A DNA stretch of 64,000 nucleotides from an uncultured virus (IMG/VR IMGVR_UViG_3300017763_003471) (Duplodnaviria > Heunggongvirae > Uroviricota > Caudoviricetes): the IMG/VR virus record IMGVR_UViG_3300017763_003471, positions 1 to 64,000 of that record, one strand, 5' to 3'. Numbering within the stretch: position 1 is the stretch's first letter; every line of letters starts with the position of its first letter. Below are positions 1 to 6,881 of this stretch, one piece after another. The position numbers were made by a program, and so were the translations under genes. The notes under the pieces were generated by a model. That model worked only from the letters and a program-made list of their open reading frames with translations, was not told the origin of the DNA and searched no databases.

Positions 1-95
1 TCTAAATCGTGCTTAGATAGAAAGTTATTATACTGAGTAGTAGCAAACTGACTAGATTCACTAGAGATACGGTTGTGGATATTAGAAACAATCAT
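1..95 (-). CDS. hypothetical early protein, partial (runs off the window start)
   Basis: ATG at 95 with AAGGAG upstream and a sigma70 promoter at 125-153; frame open to the edge (MIVSNIHNRISSESSQF...). Confidence 0.5.
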   Translation of the reverse strand, partial: MIVSNIHNRISSESSQFATTQYNNFLSKHDL

Positions 96-124
96 AGGGG
101 AAACTCCTTAATTAAGATATACGT

Positions 125-153
125 AGTATACACGATTAGTTACGGTTTGTCAA
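125..153 (-). promoter_or_regulatory. sigma70-type early promoter
   Basis: TTGACA-17 nt-TATACT on minus strand, preceded by AAAAC. Confidence 0.8.
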
Positions 154-384
154 GTTTTGGCACCCTATAAGGAAACTATAAGTGAAAAATTTCTGCGTAT
201 TTTTTTGGGAAGTGGAACCAGAATAAAAAAGTAGGATCCCATATAGTAAATGAACTCAAAAAATGGTCTGCGACCAAACGCCACCTAAGGACCAAGCCAC
301 CTTCCGCTATATATACAAAAGTTCCGGAATTATTATTTTATTTTATTTACCAACGCCACCAGGCCAAACCTCGGGCACTATTGG

Positions 385-558
385 TTAGGGTTTTGCCTGT
401 GAACGTTTCCACTTACGATACCCACGTAACCACTCTGTCTGTGATGTCTTATTCTGCTCTAGTAGATAATCCATATCAGGGATAGATACTACAGTACCAT
501 CTGGTGCTATCCAGTGTCCCGTATCATTCTTTACCTTAGGCTGTTTCTTCTTCTGCAT
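385..558 (-). CDS. hypothetical phage protein
   Basis: ORF 385..600; probable start MQKKKQ at 558, overlapping the end of the upstream gene. Confidence 0.5.
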   Translation of the reverse strand: MQKKKQPKVKNDTGHWIAPDGTVVSIPDMDYLLEQNKTSQTEWLRGYRKWKRSQAKP

Positions 559-901
559 TCTTCCATTCATAATCATCTGTGCTCCAGTTATAGTCACCAT
601 AGTCTATACTGTCACTATCTTCATATGGTATGCATTCTGCAATCTTATTAGTTTCATATAGTTCTGCACTATAGTCTGTGTTCCAGTCTTGTGCATAGAC
701 TTCCACTTCATTACCATTGTGGAACCCTTCTCTGTATTGTATTCTCTCAATACCACCTTGCTCTAGCACGGCCTCTTGTGCTTCTTCTTTAGAGTTAGCA
801 ACAACATCATACTCTACCCATGAGACATACTGTTGTCTTACTCTGTACTTACTCTTACCTATATCCTTATGGATATCATCTTTGTTATACTCTGTCTTCA
901 T
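536..901 (-). CDS. acidic hypothetical phage protein
   Basis: 121-aa ORF coupled to neighbours. Confidence 0.7.
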   Translation of the reverse strand: MKTEYNKDDIHKDIGKSKYRVRQQYVSWVEYDVVANSKEEAQEAVLEQGGIERIQYREGFHNGNEVEVYAQDWNTDYSAELYETNKIAECIPYEDSDSIDYGDYNWSTDDYEWKNAEEETA

Positions 902-1116
902 CTAGCCTCCTTTATTATAGTTGCATTGTATAGACCGTTTATAGTATATACCAATTTATATCTATCGTAATACGTCTTAGGATCCCATGCTATGTTCTGT
1001 AGCTTCTGTTCCCACATAGCTTTATAGTTAGGGTCTATATCTTCGGGAAGGCGGTGTATGAACTGTTTCAATCTGTCCGCACGTTTCCACTGTGTATTAA
1101 AATCAAATGGTCCCAA
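898..1116 (-). CDS. hypothetical phage protein
   Basis: 72-aa ORF, TTG start with GGAGAG upstream, ATGA overlap downstream. Confidence 0.6.
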   Translation of the reverse strand: MGPFDFNTQWKRADRLKQFIHRLPEDIDPNYKAMWEQKLQNIAWDPKTYYDRYKLVYTINGLYNATIIKEAR

Positions 1117-1117
1117 T

Positions 1118-1291
1118 CTACTCTCCCTCTTGTGTAGCTAAACATCCTAACATCAAAAGGATTCCAGTAACGGAAAACATACCGAAACCAATCCAGTTAT
1201 CATTCATTGGGACACCGTTATAACCACCGTCGATACACCCAACACCTAATACTAAGCAGATAATACCGCTAATACCTAATACTGTACTCAT
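1118..1291 (-). CDS. small membrane protein (two hydrophobic segments)
   Basis: MSTVLGISGIICLVLGVG...WIGFGMFSVTGILLMLGCL; ATG at 1291 overlaps the upstream stop. Confidence 0.65.
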   Translation of the reverse strand: MSTVLGISGIICLVLGVGCIDGGYNGVPMNDNWIGFGMFSVTGILLMLGCLATQEGE

Positions 1292-1497
1292 TGATATTCG
1301 CTCCAAACTTCACTCCACATATCATCAACCAGACACTCTATTTCTGAATTATCCCAATTAACATAGTGGTTCTCATTGTTTAATTTAACTGAACTTGCAT
1401 ATGCTTCTGCAACATTCTCTGACTCTTTTATGATGTCAGCAACTTTATCTTCGAACTGTTCTTGGAGTTCCATTATCCATGCTCCGGTCTTACTCAT
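1288..1497 (-). CDS. acidic hypothetical phage protein
   Basis: 69-aa ORF in a coupled operon. Confidence 0.7.
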   Translation of the reverse strand: MSKTGAWIMELQEQFEDKVADIIKESENVAEAYASSVKLNNENHYVNWDNSEIECLVDDMWSEVWSEYQ

Positions 1498-1718
1498 TAT
1501 ATACTCACTTTCTGGCTTAAATAGGCGTCAGCCAACGCATTAAATTGTTCTAAATAATTGTCGATAGAATCACCATCGGCATCCATATAACAGTCAGCAT
1601 CAACATAGTTCCAGTTGACGTTACCGTTAGCCTTAAGGTTCTCAGGGTTAATAACCGCATCAGCAAAGGCTTGTTCTAGTGTTTTAACTGTCATATTTTC
1701 TCTCTCTTTCTTTATCAT
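1497..1718 (-). CDS. acidic hypothetical early protein
   Basis: 73-aa ORF (INPEN...VNWNYVDADC) directly behind a promoter. Confidence 0.7.
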   Translation of the reverse strand: MIKKERENMTVKTLEQAFADAVINPENLKANGNVNWNYVDADCYMDADGDSIDNYLEQFNALADAYLSQKVSI

Positions 1719-1726
1719 ATATTAAT

Positions 1727-1754
1727 AATATAACATGATTCTCGATATTGTCAA
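1727..1754 (-). promoter_or_regulatory. sigma70-type early promoter with GANTC in the spacer
   Basis: TTGACA-16 nt-TATATT, extended -10 TG, GANTC at 1737-1741. Confidence 0.8.
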
Positions 1755-1783
1755 GTTTTTTAATAAAGGTTTCCGGGAGGTTT

Positions 1784-1798
1784 GTTCATGTTTTGTTC
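1784..1798. promoter_or_regulatory. alphaproteobacterial-type LexA (SOS) box
   Basis: GTTC-ATGTTTT-GTTC matches GTTC-N7-GTTC, about 30 bp upstream of the -35 at 1749-1754. Confidence 0.55.
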
Positions 1799-1799
1799 T

Positions 1800-2115
1800 A
1801 GTATTGAGTTCCTGGAGAGGTGGAAAGAGTGCTATGCAAGACACCCTTTTCCGGTATTCTTGTATATTGTACGCCGGGCTACACGCAACTGTTCGTTCAA
1901 CGGTTCAACCCCCGGTAGTTTCACTTAAAGCATAGGGCCCTCTGCATAAATTGTCCCTGTAGCATACGGTTTCCCATAGAGGCCGATATAAGCTATCCGG
2001 TTTTATTTTAAGGACAAAAACCGGATTATGAAAAAGTAGTCCGCAATTCAGTTTATGAGTTTAAAGAGTTCAAAACTAGGGGCACCCCTAAAAAGTACTC
2101 TGGGTCATCTATCCG
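1800..2115 (-). ncRNA. putative structured non-coding RNA, family unknown
   Basis: Relatively GC-rich interval without a credible CDS; stems at 1822-1852, 1874-1915, 1936-1984, 1995-2026 and 2077-2090; G-U pairs and a GAAA loop read correctly on the minus strand. Confidence 0.35.
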
Positions 2116-2117
2116 AA

Positions 2118-2486
2118 TTAATTCAGATATAGAGGACCTGTCCATTGTATAGTGTAATCATCGTCAAAGATATTACCTCTAGCGGCATTTAAAGCAGGAG
2201 CCTGCCATCCAGCGGCTTTAAGGATATCACCCTTCGAAAAACACTTACTTCCTTTATTAAAGTCAGACTTAGCGATAAAGCCCCATACTGAACTTCCACT
2301 AATGACTTTGATATACTTTTGACCCTCTTTAAGGGTAATCTTTGAATTAAATTCAGCAATCATGTTCTTGTTAACTTCTGTTAACTCTTTCGTACCGTTA
2401 CGTGAAGTCCACTTGAAATAATCATCTTTGATTGCTTGGATTAAACTGTCTAATTGTTCTTGCATTGTTTCCCTCTCATTTCTCAT
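2118..2486 (-). CDS. conserved hypothetical phage protein
   Basis: KYIKV...SVWGFI...GDILKAAGWQAPALNAARGNIF...WTGPLYL, a recurrent small phage protein pattern. Confidence 0.8.
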   Translation of the reverse strand: MRNERETMQEQLDSLIQAIKDDYFKWTSRNGTKELTEVNKNMIAEFNSKITLKEGQKYIKVISGSSVWGFIAKSDFNKGSKCFSKGDILKAAGWQAPALNAARGNIFDDDYTIQWTGPLYLN

Positions 2487-2495
2487 TATGTATAT

Positions 2496-2524
2496 ACTAT
2501 AGCACTGATTCGCGGTTTTGTCAA
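2496..2524 (-). promoter_or_regulatory. sigma70-type early promoter with GANTC in the spacer
   Basis: TTGACA-17 nt-TATAGT; TGATTCG at 2506-2512. Confidence 0.8.
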
Positions 2525-2752
2525 GTTTTCAACACAATTAATAAACCGTTATAAGCAACGTAGAGAGACGGTTATGGTACGGTTAAGGATAGTATTAAAT
2601 CCTGGTGCGAATCACTCTGTATCGCACTCTATGGCGTCTTAAAGGGGGGTTTAGCCCATATGTTGCAGGAAAATAAAATAATTACCGTGGAAGGAGGGAC
2701 GTTGTTCCTAAAAGGAATGCTATAAATTAAATAAATTAATTAATTAATTGAA

Positions 2753-2935
2753 TTATTTCCACTTATCGTCTATAGGGGATTTAAACCATACCACAACCTT
2801 AGCTAGAGCGTTTTTAAACCTTTCCGGTATACTGTGCTTAACTGTGTAATTAGGGTGCAGTTCTGGGAAGTATCGCTTATAGTGTTTATTATAGTCTGGA
2901 TTGTGATTTAAATCGTCACTTGGAAGTATCTTCAT
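2753..2935 (-). CDS. hypothetical protein
   Basis: 60-aa ORF overlapping the upstream ORF. Confidence 0.45.
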   Translation of the reverse strand: MKILPSDDLNHNPDYNKHYKRYFPELHPNYTVKHSIPERFKNALAKVVVWFKSPIDDKWK

Positions 2936-3209
2936 TCTGTTTCTGTCTTTCTTCTTGCTTACTTATATCGTCACTATATGAAGTTCTGTTAGTAACGTAC
3001 TTATGTGTTATAATCCTGTCCCGGTCAGTGGTGTCACTATTCGCAGGCCCTAGGGTGTGTAAGTATCTGTATAAGAGTGGTAGTGAATGTGTAATCATTA
3101 AAACTTTTCCACTAAGATAAGCAGTATGTCGATAACCCTTTGATGTGTGAATATGCTCAAGTATGAATCTTCTGTATCTACTTGCGTCCCGTGTATAGGT
3201 TGTTTTCAT
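2916..3209 (-). CDS. basic hypothetical protein
   Basis: 97-aa ORF, ATG with GAG upstream. Confidence 0.45.
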   Translation of the reverse strand: MKTTYTRDASRYRRFILEHIHTSKGYRHTAYLSGKVLMITHSLPLLYRYLHTLGPANSDTTDRDRIITHKYVTNRTSYSDDISKQEERQKQNEDTSK

Positions 3210-3272
3210 AGTTTATCTCAGTTAAGTGGTTTAGTTCTGTTTGTTACTATATCCTCTATCGTTAATAGTCTG

Positions 3273-3482
3273 TTATGTGTATTTAACCAAAGTTAGGAAT
3301 TCTTTAAGAGTAATATCTTGACCAGTTCTTCTACGATATATTGAGTAAGCTAAAGCACGGTCATCTGTATCTAATATTGACATGGTACCTTGGTTCAGCG
3401 TGTATCTACCCCATAGTCTACTGTATTCTACTGTTATGGTACGGTTGAGGTATATTGGCTGTGTATCGGTAATCTTGCTCAT
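3273..3482 (-). CDS. hypothetical protein
   Basis: 69-aa ORF, ATG start. Confidence 0.45.
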   Translation of the reverse strand: MSKITDTQPIYLNRTITVEYSRLWGRYTLNQGTMSILDTDDRALAYSIYRRRTGQDITLKEFLTLVKYT

Positions 3483-3566
3483 ATTAATAAGTCAGTTGTT
3501 TATCAGCTCCAAAAAAATTTGCCGAAGAAGTCGCTTCGCTCCGGGCTACGCCCTTGCCTTTTTCTT

Positions 3567-3803
3567 TTAATCAAACTCTCGTAGATACTCTACTAGTTGT
3601 GCGATGTTCGAAATCTTCTCTAATCGGTCGTTGTTGAGTTCTATGTCTAGTTCGTCTTCTAGCGATACCATCATTTCTATTGCATCTAAACTGTCTATTC
3701 CTAGTTCTGAAAACTTGGTTCCCGCACTAATATGTTGTTCTGTTAGAGTTACCTCATGGTCTTTTAATGCTAGTTCTTTAAGTACTTTTAGTGTTTTACT
3801 CAT
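3567..3803 (-). CDS. acpP: acyl carrier protein
   Basis: 78 aa, acidic, LGIDSLDAIE phosphopantetheine-Ser motif, AAGGGA RBS. Confidence 0.85.
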   Translation of the reverse strand: MSKTLKVLKELALKDHEVTLTEQHISAGTKFSELGIDSLDAIEMMVSLEDELDIELNNDRLEKISNIAQLVEYLREFD

Positions 3804-3815
3804 AATCCCTTCTTG

Positions 3816-3847
3816 TATAAATACATTATGTACAGATATTATTTATC
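3816..3847. promoter_or_regulatory. face-to-face T4-type late promoters
   Basis: TATAAATA (+, 3816-3823) toward 3859 and GATAAATA (-, 3840-3847) toward the ACP. Confidence 0.55.
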
Positions 3848-3858
3848 AGGAGTTTCCT

Positions 3859-4458
3859 ATGGATCGCAGAGCAATAGCAAATAAAAGAATTAAATTACCC
3901 CTATTCGATAATATGGGTTCTATTACGGGTCCAGAAATTCATCTTTTTAGAGATTGTTTTCACACGGCAAGTTCGACTATGGCTTCTACTAGTGCATTAC
4001 GTTCACGTTCAGGTATGTATAAAGAACAAGATTCTTATATGCCAGCGGGTTATGACCAGCGTGATATCCAAACGTTCCAGCGTACTCGTTATGATGATCC
4101 AGACTATGAGCCTGTAGAAACAGATTTTAATTACTTAGATGAGAGATTTTTAAGACTTAAACCAGCAGTTGAAAGTTTAGAAAAGATATTAGGTGGTCCA
4201 GTATATCGTCTAAGATATGCAGTTATGGAGCCAAATGAGACTTTACCTTGGCATATAGACCAACCTGAATTAGATAGATTTGTATGTGTATTAAATGGTA
4301 TTCAGAGTTTTGAGATTAAAAAACGCAAAGCAGTAGTAAAAGAAATGCAAACTCCTGGAGATGTCTGGTACATTAATACTAATTGGGAACATCAAGTAGT
4401 CAATTCAGACCAAAAAAGACTTGCATTACTTGGCTGTTTCAGATATAATAATGAATAA
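3859..4458 (+). CDS. AspH-like 2OG-Fe(II) oxygenase
   Basis: ATG at 3859 after AGGAG; WHID...WEHQVVN...R (HxD...H triad plus Arg). Confidence 0.75.
   Translation: MDRRAIANKRIKLPLFDNMGSITGPEIHLFRDCFHTASSTMASTSALRSRSGMYKEQDSYMPAGYDQRDIQTFQRTRYDDPDYEPVETDFNYLDERFLRLKPAVESLEKILGGPVYRLRYAVMEPNETLPWHIDQPELDRFVCVLNGIQSFEIKKRKAVVKEMQTPGDVWYINTNWEHQVVNSDQKRLALLGCFRYNNE
4421..4449 (+). promoter_or_regulatory. sigma70-type promoter
   Basis: TTGCAT-17 nt-TATAAT upstream of 4469. Confidence 0.55.
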
Positions 4459-4468
4459 GGATTAAAAT

Positions 4469-5188
4469 ATGTTATATGCAAACGGATGCAGTTTCACTTA
4501 TGGAACTGGTCTAGCCCATAAAGACCGAGCATGGCCTTTTATTCTAGCTGATAAAATGAATATTGATGGAGTAGAGACTGAGGCTCAGCGTGGGGTATCG
4601 AATAATTATATTGTTCGTAATACTATTACTACTATAAGCGATAAATTAGTTAATAAAGAAACAGTTGATTTCGTTGCTATTGGTATGACCGCTCCTAATC
4701 GTAGAGAGCATTTTATTGAGAAAAAGAATTTATTAGTTCATAATATTCCATCGCATGAATATCATGGGAATATTAATTTAGATGAGCAAAACAACCGTGA
4801 TTTAGATTTATTTAATCAGTTGTATATGAAGCATTTCTGGTCACCAGTATATGATTTTCATTGTTATTTAATTCATTTAATGACACTCCAGAATTTCTTT
4901 ACTGCTAATAAGATACCTTATATAATATTTAATTCACTTAATTTAACACCTAATTTATTAGAGCCAACTAAGTTTACTGAGTTATGTGAGCAAAGTGATA
5001 TGGTTTCAGTTTATAAACAATTAGATATGAGTAAAATATATGAAGACCAAACGTTTTTTACTTATATGTATGAAAATAAAAAGTTCTTTCCTGTAGAAGG
5101 AGATGAACGATATATGCATCCAGATGAAGAGGCTCATGCCGAATGGGCAGAGATATTACATGTGGATATTAAAGGAAATAAATCATGA
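4469..5188 (+). CDS. SGNH/GDSL-like hydrolase or acyltransferase
   Basis: NGCSFTYG block I, GVSN, C-terminal YMHP. Confidence 0.7.
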   Translation: MLYANGCSFTYGTGLAHKDRAWPFILADKMNIDGVETEAQRGVSNNYIVRNTITTISDKLVNKETVDFVAIGMTAPNRREHFIEKKNLLVHNIPSHEYHGNINLDEQNNRDLDLFNQLYMKHFWSPVYDFHCYLIHLMTLQNFFTANKIPYIIFNSLNLTPNLLEPTKFTELCEQSDMVSVYKQLDMSKIYEDQTFFTYMYENKKFFPVEGDERYMHPDEEAHAEWAEILHVDIKGNKS

Positions 5189-5301
5189 TTAGAAAGATAA
5201 TTGATATAATTCTTTATCCTTGGACAGAGTTTAAAAGACGTAGAGAAATGAAAAAGAGATTAGAGGAATTAAAGAAGCGTGATCCGTTCATTTATAAATA
5301 G
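5185..5301 (+). CDS. 38-aa basic peptide beside the carbamoyltransferase (not in ORF track)
   Basis: AAAGGA RBS, ATGA overlap; MIRKIIDIILYPWTEFKRRREMKKRLEELKKRDPFIYK*. Confidence 0.7.
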   Translation: MIRKIIDIILYPWTEFKRRREMKKRLEELKKRDPFIYK

Positions 5302-5317
5302 GCGTGAACCCGTAATA

Positions 5318-6844
5318 ATGGGTATTAGTGGTGCCATAAATCATGACGCCGCAGTAGCTATTATTGATGAAGGCGAGATTAAATTCGCCGGGCATGCGGA
5401 ACGTTATTCTAAAAAGAAAAATGACCCTGATTTAAATGAGGCTCTATTAACAGATGCTATTCATTATGGGGGTAAGCCTGATTTAATTGCTTGGTATGAG
5501 AAACCAATGCTTAAAAAATTACGTCAATTACGTGCAGGTCAATGGAAATTAAGTTTAGATACGTCTGAATTACCGAGTCAATACTTAGAAAAGTTTCCAC
5601 AATTAAAACATATTCCAATTAAATATCAAAAGCATCATTATACTCATGCCGCTTCAGGTTATTTTACTTCACCGTATGATGAGGCTACGATAGTTGTTAT
5701 CGATTCAATAGGAGAATTCGAAACACTTACGTTCTGGAAGGGACATGGAATGAGATTAGAGAAAGTATATTCTCAGAGTTATCCAAGTTCAATAGGTTTA
5801 TTTTATTCAGCAATGACTCAACGTCTTGGATTAAAGCCTAACGAAGATGAATATATTTTAATGGGTATGGCCGCTTATGGTGATCCACACAGATTATATG
5901 AAGGTAAAGAATTAATTCAACATATATATGATGAGTTCGGTATTATTCATGAGTCTGGATTAGTTGGATATACTATGCAAAAGAATACCCTAATTAAATT
6001 TACACAGAATTTGCATCGTGGTTGTCGATGGTTCTTACCTGAATTAAAAGAGGAACAAGACTTATTCGACTTAGCCGCCGCAACGCAACATGTGTATGAA
6101 ATGATACTATCCGAAATATTAATTAAATCTAAAGCAATGTGTCACTCAGAGAATTTAGTTCTGATGGGTGGTTGTGCTTTAAATTGTAGTGCGAATAGTA
6201 TGATAAAAGATTATTTCAAGTCAGTATGGATTATGCCTAATCCTGGCGATGCTGGTAGTTGTATCGGTGTTGCTCAGAAATATTCACGTGAAAGAATTCA
6301 ATGGAAAAGCCCATATCTTGGACATGACATACCTGGAGAGTATCCTGTCGAAGATGTACTTAATGCTTTACTTCAAGGGTCTATTTGTGGTATAGCATCA
6401 GGTCGTGCAGAGTTCGGTCCACGTGCATTAGGTAATCGTAGTTTATGTGCAGATCCTAGAGGGAATGACATAAAAGATACTGTAAATGAAATAAAACGCA
6501 GACAACAGTTCAGACCGTTTGCGCCTATGATATTAGAAGAATACGTGAATGATTATTTCGATGGTCCTTCAGGTCCTTATATGCAGTTCATAGCTAAGTG
6601 TAAGCACCCAAAAGATTTTCCAGCAATTATTCATAAAGATGGAACTTCACGTGTCCAAACAGTTAACAAAGAACAACATGCAGGTCTACATGAATTATTA
6701 ACACGTTTTTATGATAAAACAGGTTGTCCTATGTTACTGAATACTTCACTGAATATCAAAGGTATGCCAATAGTCAATAACGAGCAAGATGCTAGGGATT
6801 TTGCGAATTATTACAAAACTTTGGTCTTTACAAGCAAGACGTAA
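5318..6844 (+). CDS. NodU/CmcH-family carbamoyltransferase
   Basis: HDAA, AERYS, HHYTHAAS, GGCALNC, PGDAG, EFGPRALGNRS, FRPFAP, HKDGTSRVQ, LNTSLN. Confidence 0.95.
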   Translation: MGISGAINHDAAVAIIDEGEIKFAGHAERYSKKKNDPDLNEALLTDAIHYGGKPDLIAWYEKPMLKKLRQLRAGQWKLSLDTSELPSQYLEKFPQLKHIPIKYQKHHYTHAASGYFTSPYDEATIVVIDSIGEFETLTFWKGHGMRLEKVYSQSYPSSIGLFYSAMTQRLGLKPNEDEYILMGMAAYGDPHRLYEGKELIQHIYDEFGIIHESGLVGYTMQKNTLIKFTQNLHRGCRWFLPELKEEQDLFDLAAATQHVYEMILSEILIKSKAMCHSENLVLMGGCALNCSANSMIKDYFKSVWIMPNPGDAGSCIGVAQKYSRERIQWKSPYLGHDIPGEYPVEDVLNALLQGSICGIASGRAEFGPRALGNRSLCADPRGNDIKDTVNEIKRRQQFRPFAPMILEEYVNDYFDGPSGPYMQFIAKCKHPKDFPAIIHKDGTSRVQTVNKEQHAGLHELLTRFYDKTGCPMLLNTSLNIKGMPIVNNEQDARDFANYYKTLVFTSKT

Positions 6845-6855
6845 TCTGCTATAAT
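6827..6855 (+). promoter_or_regulatory. sigma70-type promoter
   Basis: TTTACA-17 nt-TATAAT upstream of 6882. Confidence 0.65.
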
Positions 6856-6881
6856 ACTAGTATGAATTTGACAGGACAACA

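Noticed and set aside
1902..2050. tRNA/tmRNA-like fragments on the + strand (GGTTCAACCCCCGGTAGTTTCAC; AAAAAGTAGTCCGCA)
   Set aside because: T-stem does not pair, there is no CCA, acceptor pairing is poor, no tag ending in Ala-Ala-stop, and wobble polarity favours the minus strand.
3604..3858. N-terminal extension of ORF 3604..4458
   Set aside because: Ser-rich antisense shadow of the ACP; RBS and promoter support the ATG at 3859.
5279..5317. Upstream start for the carbamoyltransferase
   Set aside because: Overlaps the 38-aa peptide gene and the late motif; the recognisable domain begins near 5318.
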